In this document: in pieces, positions 17,939 to 28,000 of the stretch
Numbering within the stretch: position 1 is the first letter of the stretch
Layout: each line of letters opens with the position of its first letter
Assembly: GCA_016292455.1 (NCBI GenBank)
Contig: JAEDIL010000001.1
Coordinates: 19,156 to 83,155, forward strand
DNA: 64,000 nucleotides
From: Clostridiaceae bacterium
GTDB taxonomy: Bacteria > Bacillota > Clostridia > Oscillospirales > Acutalibacteraceae
Reading direction: 5' to 3'
Made by a program: the position numbers and the translations under genes
The notes under the pieces: model-generated
Seen by the model: the letters and a program-made list of their open reading frames with translations, nothing else
Told to the model about the DNA's origin: nothing
Databases searched by the model: none

Positions 17939-18960
17939 GCTGTTTTTTCAAAGTCAATTTCGCCGTAGGTAGTGACATTCAGCTCGCTGTCAACAAAAAC
18001 TGCACCGGCGGAAAATTCGCTGAGCAAAGCCTTGCTCTTTTCTTCGCCGAGAACGAAACAGGCGGTTGAGAGTGCGTCGGAGAGCGCGCCACTGTCACAA
18101 ACGACCGTAACGCTTGCAAGTCCGCTTTCCGCCGGGTATCCCGTGTTTGCGTCCAGGATATGGTGATAGCGCTTTGAGTCCTTTTCAAAATACTTCTCGT
18201 AGTCGCCGGAGGTTGAAACAAAGCCCTCTGAAAGCTGAATGACGCCGATATATGCGTTTTCCTGCCTCGGATGACGAACTGCAATGCGCCATTTGTCACC
18301 GGCGCGGTTGCGCTTGCCCCAGGCAAAAATGCTTCCTCCAACAGAAACAACGCCGCCCTTTGCACCGCAGTTTTTAATGTAATCGCTGACGGCATCGCAT
18401 GCCGCGCCCTTTCCGACTGCGCCGAAATCAAGCTGCTGACCCTCTGCAACCCTGAGCGTGCTTCCGTTCACTTCAACCTTTTCATAATCAACAACGCCGA
18501 GCGCCTTTTCAAGCTCGCTTTTTTCGGGCACTTTTCTCAGGTCCCCGTCAAAATTCCACAGTGAGGAAACCGGACCGACAGTCAGGTCAAAAGCGCCGTT
18601 GCTGAGCTCTGAAACCTTTCTGCATTCTGTAAAAATCGCCGCCGCACCCGCGCTTTCGGCAGTTCCGTTTTCGTTGAGCTTTGAAACAGCGGAGTCCTCC
18701 CTGTTTCGCGAAATTTCTTTGTCAAGGTTATCAATAATGCCCTTGACAACCGAAAGCTTTTTGAAAGTGTCATCACCGTAAAGCCGTACAGTAACAACGC
18801 TGCCCATTGAAAAACCGTTCTGCTCCTTGCAGGTGTAATCCTTTTTGTATTCATGAAAGAGCACCCCTGCTGCCGCCGCAAAAACAACGAGCAAAGAGCA
18901 AAGGACAGTCAGGATAATCTTTTTCTTTTTGCCTTTATCCATAGTCTTTTTTTTGCTCAT
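17935..18960 (-). CDS. apbE: FAD:protein FMN transferase (ApbE family), membrane-anchored
   Basis: Start at the ATG at 18960 (GGAGGA upstream). TM anchor, then ApbE motifs (AFDLTVGPVSSLW, FGAVGKGAACD, GGSIFAWG, VSTSGDYEKYF). Confidence 0.85.
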   Translation of the reverse strand: MSKKKTMDKGKKKKIILTVLCSLLVVFAAAAGVLFHEYKKDYTCKEQNGFSMGSVVTVRLYGDDTFKKLSVVKGIIDNLDKEISRNREDSAVSKLNENGTAESAGAAAIFTECRKVSELSNGAFDLTVGPVSSLWNFDGDLRKVPEKSELEKALGVVDYEKVEVNGSTLRVAEGQQLDFGAVGKGAACDAVSDYIKNCGAKGGVVSVGGSIFAWGKRNRAGDKWRIAVRHPRQENAYIGVIQLSEGFVSTSGDYEKYFEKDSKRYHHILDANTGYPAESGLASVTVVCDSGALSDALSTACFVLGEEKSKALLSEFSAGAVFVDSELNVTTYGEIDFEKTA

Positions 18961-19003
18961 GAAAAGTCCTCCGAAAAACAACCGTTTTGTCATATTACTT
19001 TTT

Positions 19004-19032
19004 ATTGTATACTATCCGGCTCAAAATTTCAA
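19004..19032 (-). promoter_or_regulatory. sigma-A promoter upstream of apbE (candidate promoter of the whole apbE-to-rnfB string)
   Basis: On the minus strand: TTGAAA (19032-19027), 17 nt, then TACAAT (19009-19004). Confidence 0.65.
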
Positions 19033-19151
19033 GACACATTGCGTCATAAAAGGACAAATATTGCACTTGCGCCGAAAGACATGAACTGCTATACTTGAAT
19101 CAGGCAAAATATTCCTCCCGGTCTGATGAATTTTATAAAAGGAGCAATTCT

Positions 19152-20267
19152 ATGGACTTCAATTTATCCGTTCCCGTCCGCGTTGTCAGTTCAAAAGGCG
19201 TGGTCAAAGAAAAAGCATTCCTTCTTTCCTCTTTCGGAAAACGCTGTCTCATTGTTACCGGAGGAAGGAGTGCGGTTCTCAGCGGTGCGCTTGACGACAT
19301 GAAAGCAGCACTCAGAGAGAATGAAACAGATTTTGAGATTTTTGACAGAATCACGCCCAATCCGTATATCGAGGACTGTCACCTTGCCGGCGCGATTGCA
19401 AGGGAATTCAACGCAGATTTCATTGTCGGAATCGGCGGCGGCTCCGCACTCGACGCAGCAAAAGCAGTGGCCGTCTACGCCGCAAACGGAGACTTTTCGC
19501 CGTTTGATATATATGAAAAGCAGGAAAGGAATATCGCCCTGCCGCTTGTGCTTGTCGGAACAACCGCAGGAACAGGCAGCGAGGTCGGTTCCGTCTCCGT
19601 TCTTTCAAACAGGAAAAACGGACGAAAAAAGAGCATCAACTATCCGGACTGCGCGCCGAAGCTGACTTTCGCCGACAGCACATATACCCACTCCATGCCG
19701 TATTCTGTGACAGTTTCAACTGCACTTGACGCTCTCTCTCACGCAATTGAGGGATATTTAGGCAACAAATGCACCGATATTCCCACCATGTTTGCTGAAA
19801 AGGCAATTCCTATGATCTGGAACGGACTCAGGTTTCTTGAAAAAGAAAAATGCCTGCCTGATGAAAAGCTTCGCGAGCAGCTTTACTATGGCTCTCTTTA
19901 CGCCGGAATCACGCTTTCTTATTGCGGAACAGCGTTCCCCCATCCGCTCGGCTATGTTCTGACAGAAAACTTCGGCGTTCCGCATGGCTTTGCCTGCGCC
20001 GCTTTTATGCCGGAGCTTATCCGCCGCGCGGTACGCTTTGAGCGTGACAAAGCGAGGAGGCTCTTTACCCTCATGAAAACCGACAGCGCGGAGTTTTTCA
20101 GAGTGATAACCTCTATTTGCGAGTGCGGTGACATCACAATGACAGAAGAGGAGCTTTCCGCCTGGTGCGAAAGATGGAAGAACGTTCCTTCTAACTTCAT
20201 TGCTTCCCCCGGAGGCTTTTCAAAGGAAGAAGCAAAAAATATGCTGAGGACAAAGTTCGTCAGATAA
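19152..20267 (+). CDS. iron-containing (group III) alcohol dehydrogenase
   Basis: Start at the ATG at 19152 (AAAAGGAG upstream). Contains GIGGGSALDAAKAVA, GTTAGTGSEV and His-rich metal motifs (ALSHAIEG, FPHPLG). Confidence 0.8.
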   Translation: MDFNLSVPVRVVSSKGVVKEKAFLLSSFGKRCLIVTGGRSAVLSGALDDMKAALRENETDFEIFDRITPNPYIEDCHLAGAIAREFNADFIVGIGGGSALDAAKAVAVYAANGDFSPFDIYEKQERNIALPLVLVGTTAGTGSEVGSVSVLSNRKNGRKKSINYPDCAPKLTFADSTYTHSMPYSVTVSTALDALSHAIEGYLGNKCTDIPTMFAEKAIPMIWNGLRFLEKEKCLPDEKLREQLYYGSLYAGITLSYCGTAFPHPLGYVLTENFGVPHGFACAAFMPELIRRAVRFERDKARRLFTLMKTDSAEFFRVITSICECGDITMTEEELSAWCERWKNVPSNFIASPGGFSKEEAKNMLRTKFVR

Positions 20268-20446
20268 GCTGATAAAGCAAAACGGGACTGTCGCATTTAT
20301 TACGGGAAATCCGCGTTTCAGTTCGCATTTCTGCATTTTCTTTTTCGGGTTTTATTGCACTCATTTTCCCTTATTTCCAAATTTTAATTATTTTGTTGCA
20401 AAACCCGATTATAATGTCTATGACAATTTAACACAGGGAGGAAGAC

Positions 20447-21079
20447 ATGGATAAAACAAAAACAATCAGACGTCTGCTCTGCTTACTGCTTGCCGCAGCA
20501 ATGTTTTTTTCAGTCGCGCTGCCGGTGTTCGCAAAATTTGAACCGCCGGTTGCCAGAATGACGGTAGTCTCATACCAAAAAAACTTGGCTTCAACCGGTC
20601 ACGCATGGCTCTATTTTGAAAACGTTTCAAAAAAGACCATAACCGTCGGCATTTATAAACTGCCGCCGAGAAGCGGCGTTTCGGTCGGAACTTTCGGATA
20701 TGTCCGCAAGGAGGGACCCGGCGTCTACTACAACGTTGAAAGCTACATAACCAACCATCAGGGAACCAAAGGCAGAGTTTCCATTTCGCAGCTCATCACC
20801 GGGCAGCAGCTTGAAAAGGTGAGCAAAAAAATCAATCAGTTCAAAAGCACATGGAACCTTGCCCGCAATTGCTCATATTTTGCGGGAACGGTCTGGAATA
20901 CCGTTGCATCGAACCGACTTGCAGCCATCTCCACTCCTGCGCTTCTTCGCGCTTCGATGAAAAAATACGGTTTGAAGAAGAATGTCTATCATCAGCCTGT
21001 TCTGCCGAATCAGGTTTTCAAACAAAAGGGCAGCACTTTAAAACAGGTTCGGAAAAGTACGCTGATTGCCGGACTGTAA
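20447..21079 (+). CDS. small secreted protein with a His...Cys arrangement resembling permuted papain-like (LRAT/PPPDE-type) enzymes
   Basis: RBS GGGAGGAAG and signal peptide RRLLCLLLAAAMFFSVALPVFA. TGHAWLYFEN is followed about 90 aa later by ARNCSYFAGTVW (compare NCEHF/NCNHF). The family assignment is tentative. Confidence 0.6.
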   Translation: MDKTKTIRRLLCLLLAAAMFFSVALPVFAKFEPPVARMTVVSYQKNLASTGHAWLYFENVSKKTITVGIYKLPPRSGVSVGTFGYVRKEGPGVYYNVESYITNHQGTKGRVSISQLITGQQLEKVSKKINQFKSTWNLARNCSYFAGTVWNTVASNRLAAISTPALLRASMKKYGLKKNVYHQPVLPNQVFKQKGSTLKQVRKSTLIAGL

Positions 21080-21123
21080 TCAAAACCTCAATAAAACTGC
21101 ACGGTGGAAAGCGCAACATAGCA

Positions 21124-21213
21124 ATGAAGGACGCTCCGGCAGAAAAGGTTTTCAAGCAAAGGGGAACCTCGCTCGTCAGGGTCAGAAGCAGCGCTCTTAA
21201 TTCAGGACTTTAA
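21124..21213 (+). other. 29-codon ORF duplicating the C-terminal module of the 20447 gene (remnant, frameshifted exon or micro-ORF)
   Basis: MKDAPAEKVFKQRGTSLVRVRSSALNSGL compared with the upstream tail NQVFKQKGSTLKQVRKSTLIAGL. At the DNA level aggttttcaaacaaaaggg compares with aggttttcaagcaaagggg. The frame is open from 20851 across the upstream stop. Confidence 0.3.
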
Positions 21214-21230
21214 TATCAGAATATCAAAAC

Positions 21231-21257
21231 AAAACGCCCGGCAGAACCGGGCGTTTT
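21231..21257 (+). terminator. intrinsic terminator
   Basis: aaaacgcccgg pairs with ccgggcgtttt, followed by gttttg. Confidence 0.8.
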
Positions 21258-21276
21258 GTTTTGACGGGCAACACTG

Positions 21277-21324
21277 AAAAAGGACTGCACGGCTCAGAGT
21301 ATTCCGAGCCGTGCAGTCCTTTTT
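21277..21324. terminator. bidirectional terminator (end of rpoC)
   Basis: A 15-bp stem: aggactgcacggctc (21281-21295) pairs with gagccgtgcagtcct (21306-21320), flanked by A4 and T4 runs. Confidence 0.85.
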
Positions 21325-21332
21325 GCTATGAT

Positions 21333-24300
21333 TCAGTTATCTGAGCGCAGAGCGTTTGAGAAAATGAGTTCCATTTCTCTCGGTTCGCTGTTGTCAACAA
21401 CTTCAACGTCGCTGTAACACTTCATGCCGGTTCCGGAGGGAAGCAGCTTACCGATGATAACATTTTCTTTGAGTCCGAGAAGCGGATCAACCTTACCCTT
21501 GATTGCCGCATCTGTGAGAACTCTCGTGGTTTCCTGGAATGACGCTGCGGAAAGGAACGAATCCGTTGCAAGCGATGCCTTTGTAATACCCATGAGCACG
21601 GGGGTAAAGGTTGCTTCTCTTGCTTCCTCGCCGTTTTCGGCTGCCTTTGCTTTTGCTGCATCGTTTGCCTTTTTGAGGTCACGCTTGTCAACAATTGCTC
21701 CGGGAAGAATGTCGGTGTCGCCGGGATCGTCAATTCTGACCTTCTTCATCATCTGACGTGCAATAACTTCGATGTGCTTGTCGTTGATGTCAACACCCTG
21801 GGTACGGTATGTGCACTGAACCTGGCTGATGAGGTAGTCATGAACCGCGCTTACGCCGAGAACATTGAGAACGTCGCGAAGATCAACAGAGCCTTCGGTA
21901 AGTGTTTCACCGACTTCAACGTGCTGTCCTTCGGATACTCTTGCTCTCGCGCCGAAGGTGAGGAAGTATTCTTTTCTTTCACCGGTTTCTTCGTTAGTGA
22001 CAACGATATGCGGATTCTTTTTGATTGTTTCAAAGGAAACAACGCCGTTGATTTCGCTAATCATTGCAAGCGTCTTGGGCTTTCTTGCTTCAAAGAGTTC
22101 TTCAACACGCGGAAGACCCTGTGTAATATCCGAACCGGAAGCAACACCGCCGGTGTGGAATGTTCTCATGGTGAGCTGAGTACCCGGTTCACCGATTGAC
22201 TGAGCAGCAATGATACCGACTGCTTCACCGATTGTTACGGGATTGCCTGTTGCAAGGTTCGAACCGTAGCACTTAATGCAGGCGCCGTGGTCAGAGCAGC
22301 AGGTAAGAAGCGAGCGGATTGTGACGTGGCGGATATTCGCCGCGTCCTCTTTGCTCATGCCGCTTTCAAGTGCAGCATTGTATTTTTCGGTGAGATAAGC
22401 GTCAACTTTTTCAGCGTCAGCTTCGGTGAGCATGTGGTCGTTATCCATAATGACCTCACCGCTTTCCTCGTCAACGATGTTGTTGAGAAGATAACGACCT
22501 CTGAGTCTTTCGGTGAGAGGTTCAAGAACGCGGTTGCCGTCCATGATGTCATAAACTTCAAGACCCTCAGTGCAGCCGCAGTCCTCCTCGCGGATAATAA
22601 CGTCCTGAGAAACGTCAACAAGACGGCGGGTAAGGTAACCCGAGTCAGCAGTACGCAGTGCGGTATCGGCAAGACCTTTACGGGCACCGCGCGAGGAAAT
22701 GAAGTATTCCTGAACGTTCAGACCTTCACGGTAGTTTGCACGAATGGGAACTTCGATGGTCTTACCGGCAGTGTTTGCAATAAGACCGCGCATTCCGGCG
22801 AGCTGACGAAGCTGGCTTTCGGAACCGCGGGCTCCGGAGTCAAGCATCATATATATCGGGTTGAATTTATCAAAGTTCTGGGTGAGAGCCTGAGCAACGC
22901 GGCTTGTGCAGACATCCCATGCTTTGAGAACCTGCCTTGAACGGTCGGAGTTGCTGAGGAGACCTCTGTTATACTTTCTGTTGACCTCGTCAACGATTGC
23001 CTCGGTCTCGGCAAGAATATCCTTCTTTGCCTCAGGGATAGTCGCATCGCAGACAGCAACGGTGATGCCGCTCTTTGTTGAATACTTGTAGCCCTGATTC
23101 TTAATATCATCAAGAACCTGAGCGGTTTTTGCAACGCCGTGAACTCTGATGCACTTGTCAATGATTTTTCCGAGCATCTTCTTGTTGACAAGGGATTCAA
23201 CTTCAAGTCTGAAAAGATTTTCGGGATCGCTTCTGTCAACAAAGCCGAGATCCTGCGGAACGGGAGCGTTGAAGATGACCTTTCCGAGAGTGGTTTCAAC
23301 AAGCTTTGAAACCTTCTTGCCGTCAATCTCCTTTTCCATTCTGATTTTGATGAGTGCATGAAGGTCAATAACCTTTGCGTCATACGCCATCTGAGCCTCG
23401 TTGACATCGCAGAAGGCTTTGCCCTCACCCTTTGCACCGGGCTTGACAAGAGTAAGGTAATATGAACCGAGAACCATGTCCTGAGTCGGAACGGTAACGG
23501 GTTTTCCGTCAGAGGGTTTGAGCAGGTTGCCCGAAGAAAGCATAAGGAATCTTGCTTCGGCCTGTGCCTCTGCCGAAAGGGGAACGTGAACAGCCATCTG
23601 GTCACCGTCGAAGTCGGCATTGAATGCGGTACAGACAAGCGGATGCAGCTTGATTGCCTTGCCTTCAACAAGAACCGGCTCGAAGGCCTGAATTCCGAGT
23701 CTGTGCAGAGTCGGAGCACGGTTGAGCATTACGGGATGATCCTTGATTACTATTTCAAGTGCGTCCCAAACGCATTTTTCCTGGCGGTCAACGGTTTTTC
23801 TTGCTGTTTTGATGTGGGTAGCAATGCCGGTTTCAACAAGGCGCTTCATAACAAACGGCTTGAAAAGTTCAAGAGCCATTTCCTTGGGAAGACCGCACTG
23901 ATAGATTTTAAGCTCCGGACCGACAACGATAACCGAACGGCCGGAATAGTCAACGCGCTTACCGAGGAGGTTCTGACGGAAACGTCCCTGCTTACCTTTG
24001 AGCATATCTGAAAGTGATTTAAGCGGACGGTTGTTCGGACCGGTCACGGGACGTCCGCGGCGGCCGTTATCAATGAGAGCGTCAACAGCTTCCTGAAGCA
24101 TTCTCTTTTCGTTGCGGATAATGATGCTCGGCGCACCGAGATCAAGCAGCTTTTTAAGGCGGTTGTTGCGGTTGATAACGCGGCGGTAAAGGTCGTTGAG
24201 ATCGCTGGTTGCAAAGCGTCCGCCGTCAAGCTGAACCATAGGACGAATGTCGGGCGGAATGACCGGAACAACGTCAAGAATCATCCATTCAGGGCGGTTG

Positions 24301-24965
24301 CCGGAAGACTTGAAAGCGTCAACAACTTCAAGACGTTTGAGAATTTTTGCCTTTTTCTGACCGGAAGAGCCTTCAAGCGCTTCGCGCAGCTCTGCGTCAA
24401 GAGCGTCAATGTCAATTTCGCAAAGCAGCTCCTTGACCGCTTCGGCGCCCATACCGACGCGGAAGGTTTCGTCATTATAGTAGTACTCTCTGATGTCCTC
24501 ATACTGCTTTTCGCTGATGACCTGACATTTCTTTACATTGGGAACCGTGCCCGGATCAATAACGATATAAGCGGCGAAATAAAGAACTCTTTCAAGGTCT
24601 CTCGGAGACATATCGAGCATAAGTCCGATTCTCGAGGGAATACCCTTGAAATACCAGATGTGTGAAACAGGGGTTGCAAGCTCAATGTGTCCCATGCGCT
24701 CGCGGCGAACCTTTGCCTTGGTAATTTCAACGTGGCAGCGTTCGCAGACTTTTCCCTTATGGCGGATTCTTTTGTATCTTCCGCAGTGGCACTCCCAGTC
24801 TTTGAGCGGTCCGAAAATCTTTTCGCAGAAAAGACCGTCGGGTTCAGGCTTGAGGGTGCGGTAATTTATGGTTTCGGGCTTGGTAACCTCGCCGTATGAC
24901 CATTCTCTGATCTGTTCGGGAGAGGCAAGACCGATTCTGATTGATTCAAAGGTGATATTTTCCAT
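21333..24965 (-). CDS. rpoC: DNA-directed RNA polymerase subunit beta'
   Basis: 1210 aa with the Zn-finger [19 protein letters not shown] and the catalytic NADFDGDQM. Confidence 0.97.
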   Translation of the reverse strand: MENITFESIRIGLASPEQIREWSYGEVTKPETINYRTLKPEPDGLFCEKIFGPLKDWECHCGRYKRIRHKGKVCERCHVEITKAKVRRERMGHIELATPVSHIWYFKGIPSRIGLMLDMSPRDLERVLYFAAYIVIDPGTVPNVKKCQVISEKQYEDIREYYYNDETFRVGMGAEAVKELLCEIDIDALDAELREALEGSSGQKKAKILKRLEVVDAFKSSGNRPEWMILDVVPVIPPDIRPMVQLDGGRFATSDLNDLYRRVINRNNRLKKLLDLGAPSIIIRNEKRMLQEAVDALIDNGRRGRPVTGPNNRPLKSLSDMLKGKQGRFRQNLLGKRVDYSGRSVIVVGPELKIYQCGLPKEMALELFKPFVMKRLVETGIATHIKTARKTVDRQEKCVWDALEIVIKDHPVMLNRAPTLHRLGIQAFEPVLVEGKAIKLHPLVCTAFNADFDGDQMAVHVPLSAEAQAEARFLMLSSGNLLKPSDGKPVTVPTQDMVLGSYYLTLVKPGAKGEGKAFCDVNEAQMAYDAKVIDLHALIKIRMEKEIDGKKVSKLVETTLGKVIFNAPVPQDLGFVDRSDPENLFRLEVESLVNKKMLGKIIDKCIRVHGVAKTAQVLDDIKNQGYKYSTKSGITVAVCDATIPEAKKDILAETEAIVDEVNRKYNRGLLSNSDRSRQVLKAWDVCTSRVAQALTQNFDKFNPIYMMLDSGARGSESQLRQLAGMRGLIANTAGKTIEVPIRANYREGLNVQEYFISSRGARKGLADTALRTADSGYLTRRLVDVSQDVIIREEDCGCTEGLEVYDIMDGNRVLEPLTERLRGRYLLNNIVDEESGEVIMDNDHMLTEADAEKVDAYLTEKYNAALESGMSKEDAANIRHVTIRSLLTCCSDHGACIKCYGSNLATGNPVTIGEAVGIIAAQSIGEPGTQLTMRTFHTGGVASGSDITQGLPRVEELFEARKPKTLAMISEINGVVSFETIKKNPHIVVTNEETGERKEYFLTFGARARVSEGQHVEVGETLTEGSVDLRDVLNVLGVSAVHDYLISQVQCTYRTQGVDINDKHIEVIARQMMKKVRIDDPGDTDILPGAIVDKRDLKKANDAAKAKAAENGEEAREATFTPVLMGITKASLATDSFLSAASFQETTRVLTDAAIKGKVDPLLGLKENVIIGKLLPSGTGMKCYSDVEVVDNSEPREMELIFSNALRSDN

Positions 24966-25031
24966 ATATTAAGTCAGCCCTTTCGTTGTTAAATTTTAAT
25001 TCGGGAAAGTGTTACGTTCGATCACAAAGAA

Positions 25032-28000
25032 TTATTCGTCGGCATCGGGAACAAAACCGGAATCGAAACCGGCGTCATTGACGGTCGGATTGATTTCGTT
25101 AAAGAATTCATTGTAATCAAAGGGCTTTTCTTCTTCGTCCTCTTCTTCGTCTTCCTCGTCAAAATCAAGGTCGAAGCTCTCGTCGTCGGAAAGGTCTGAG
25201 TCTTCCTCAAGGTCTGAATCGTCTTCAAGTTCTTCATCAGCCTCTTTGTCTTCATAGACTCCGGCGTCTTCATCGCGGTGACGGTTATACTTGTGGAGGG
25301 TAACGCCGTCATCGGTGTCGAGGTTCTGTTTGAGGTCGATTTCATTTTCGTCTGCGTCAAGAACCTTGATGTCAAGTCCGAGTGACTGCAATTCCTTGAT
25401 GAGAACCTTGAACGATTCGGGAACGCCCGCCTTGGGAATGTTCTCGCCGTTGACGATTGCCTCATAGGTCTTGACACGTCCGACAACATCGTCTGACTTG
25501 ACTGTAAGAATTTCCTGAAGGGTATATGCAGCGCCGTATGCTTCAAGAGCCCAGACTTCCATTTCACCGAAACGCTGACCGCCGAACTGAGCCTTACCGC
25601 CGAGGGGCTGCTGAGTAACGAGCGAGTACGGACCGGTTGAACGGGCATGCATCTTATCATCAACAAGGTGGTGCAGTTTGAGGAAGTACATTACGCCGAC
25701 GGTGACGTCTCCGTCAAATTTTTCGCCTGTACGTCCGTCAATGAGGGTTGACTTGCCATTGGTTGAAAGACCGGCAAGTTCAAGCGAAGCTCTAATGTCG
25801 TCCTCATGTGCGCCGTCGAAAACGGGAGTCATAATCTTCCAGCCAAGTTCGCGGCAGGCAAAGCCGAGATGCACTTCAAGAACCTGACCGATATTCATAC
25901 GTGAGGGAACGCCGAGGGGGTTCAGAACAATGTCAAGAGGTGTTCCGTCTTCAAGGAAAGGCATATCCTCCTGGGGAAGAATTCTTGAAACAACACCCTT
26001 GTTACCGTGGCGGCCCGCCATCTTGTCGCCGACCTGGAGCTTACGCTTCTGGGCAATGTAGCAGCGGACAACCTTGTTTACACCGGGGTTGAGCTCATCG
26101 CTGTTTTCGCGGGTGAACTCTTCAACCTTGACAACAATTCCGTATTCGCCGTGGGGAACACGAAGTGAAGTGTCCCTGACCTCGCGCGCCTTTTCGCCGA
26201 AGATTGCGCGAAGAAGTCTTTCCTCGGCGGTCAGCTCGGTTTCACCCTTGGGAGTAACCTTGCCGACAAGAATATCGCCGGAATGAACCTCTGCGCCGAC
26301 GCGGATTATTCCGCGTTCGTCAAGGTCTTTGAGAGCGTCACCGACGTTCGGAATGTCGTTGGTGATTTCTTCGGGACCGAGCTTGGTGTCTCTGGCTTCA
26401 AGCTCGTACTTTTCAATATGGATAGATGTATAAACATCGTCGCGGACAAGCTTTTCATTTATAAGAACGGCGTCCTCGTAGTTATAGCCCTCCCATGTCA
26501 TGAAGCCGATGAGAGCGTTTTTACCAAGGCTGAGTTCGCCGTGGTCGGTTGCGGGACCGTCCGCAACAACCTGTCCTTCCTCAATAACGTCTCCGACAGC
26601 AACAACGGGACGCTGATTGATGCAGGTTCCCTGGTTGGAGCGCATGAATTTGATGAGGTTGTAGGTGTCAACAACATTATCTTCGGCAAGAACGTCAACT
26701 CTGTCGGCACTGACATAAATGACCTTGCCGCCTCTTTTTGCAAGAACGCAGACTCCGGAATCGGTGGCGGCTTTATATTCCATGCCGGTACCGACCATCG
26801 GCGAGTCGCAGGTGAGAAGCGGAACAGCCTGACGCTGCATGTTTGAACCCATGAGAGCACGGTTTGCGTCGTCGTTTTCAAGGAACGGAATGAGAGCGGT
26901 TGCAACGGAAACAACCATCTTGGGCGAAACGTCCATGTAATCAACCCTAGTGGGTTCAATTTCAAGGAACTCGTCGCGATGGCGGGCGTTGACCTTTCTT
27001 CTCATGAAGTGACCTTCTTCGTCAAGCGGTTCGTTGGCCTGAGCAACGGTGTACTCGTCTTCAACGTCAGCGGTCATGTATTCATAGGTGTCAAGAACCT
27101 TTCCGGTCTCCTTGTCAACGGGACGGAACGGAGCTTCAATGAAGCCGTATTCATTGATTCTTGCAAACGTTGCAAGATAAGAGATAAGACCGATGTTGGG
27201 ACCTTCGGGGGTCTCAATGGGGCACATTCTTCCGTAATGTGAATAGTGAACGTCGCGAACCTCGAAGCCTGCGCGGTCTCTTGAAAGTCCGCCGGGGCCG
27301 AGAGCCGAAAGACGGCGCTTATGCGTAAGCTCTGCAAGGGGGTTGTTCTGATCCATGAACTGAGAAAGCGGAGAAGAACCGAAGAACTCTCTGACAGCCG
27401 CAATAACGGGACGGGTGTTGATGAGAGCCTGCGGAGTAACCTTATCCGGCTCCTGAGCCTGAAGGGTCATTCTTTCCTTGACAACTCTTTCCATTCTTGA
27501 AAAGCCTACGCGGAACTGATTCTGCAAAAGCTCGCCTACCGAACGGATACGTCTGTTGCCGAGGTGGTCAATATCGTCTGCGCTGCCTACGCCGCAGGCA
27601 AGGCAGTTAAGATAGTTGATTGAAGCGAAAATATCGTCGATGATGATGTGCTTGGGAATAAGCTCGTCTCCCTTGCTTTCAAGGAAAGCAAGCTTTTCAG
27701 ACTTGTCCATTCCCTCGGTTTCGGGAAGGATGTCCATAAGGACGGTATAGCGGACATGCTCGTTGATGCCGATGTCGCAAAGCTCTTTCTTTGTAAGCTC
27801 GGGAAAGAACGGAAGAATGTCAACCATCTGGTTTGAGATAACCTTAACCGGCTCCTCACGTCCCTCGACCTGAACATAGGCAACCTTTGCGCCGGACTGG
27901 GTAACTTCCATTGCGCGCTGCTTTGTCATAAGCTCGCCTTCTTCGGCAATGATTTCGCCGGTGAGTTCGTTGACAATGGGAGCGGCAAGTCTGAAACCGC

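Noticed and set aside
21040-21080. Programmed -1 ribosomal frameshifting joining the 20447 gene to the duplicated tail.
   Set aside because: There is no X_XXY_YYZ slippery heptamer and no obvious downstream stimulatory structure before the stop. An indel or a decayed duplication is more parsimonious. It is kept only as an alternative in the corresponding finding.
25022-25666. A 214-aa ORF overlapping the 3' end of rpoB.
   Set aside because: It is an alternative frame of the repetitive GAA/GAC-rich acidic-tail region. Its translation is Ser/Thr/Lys-rich with no RBS, and it is an artefact of the biased codon content.
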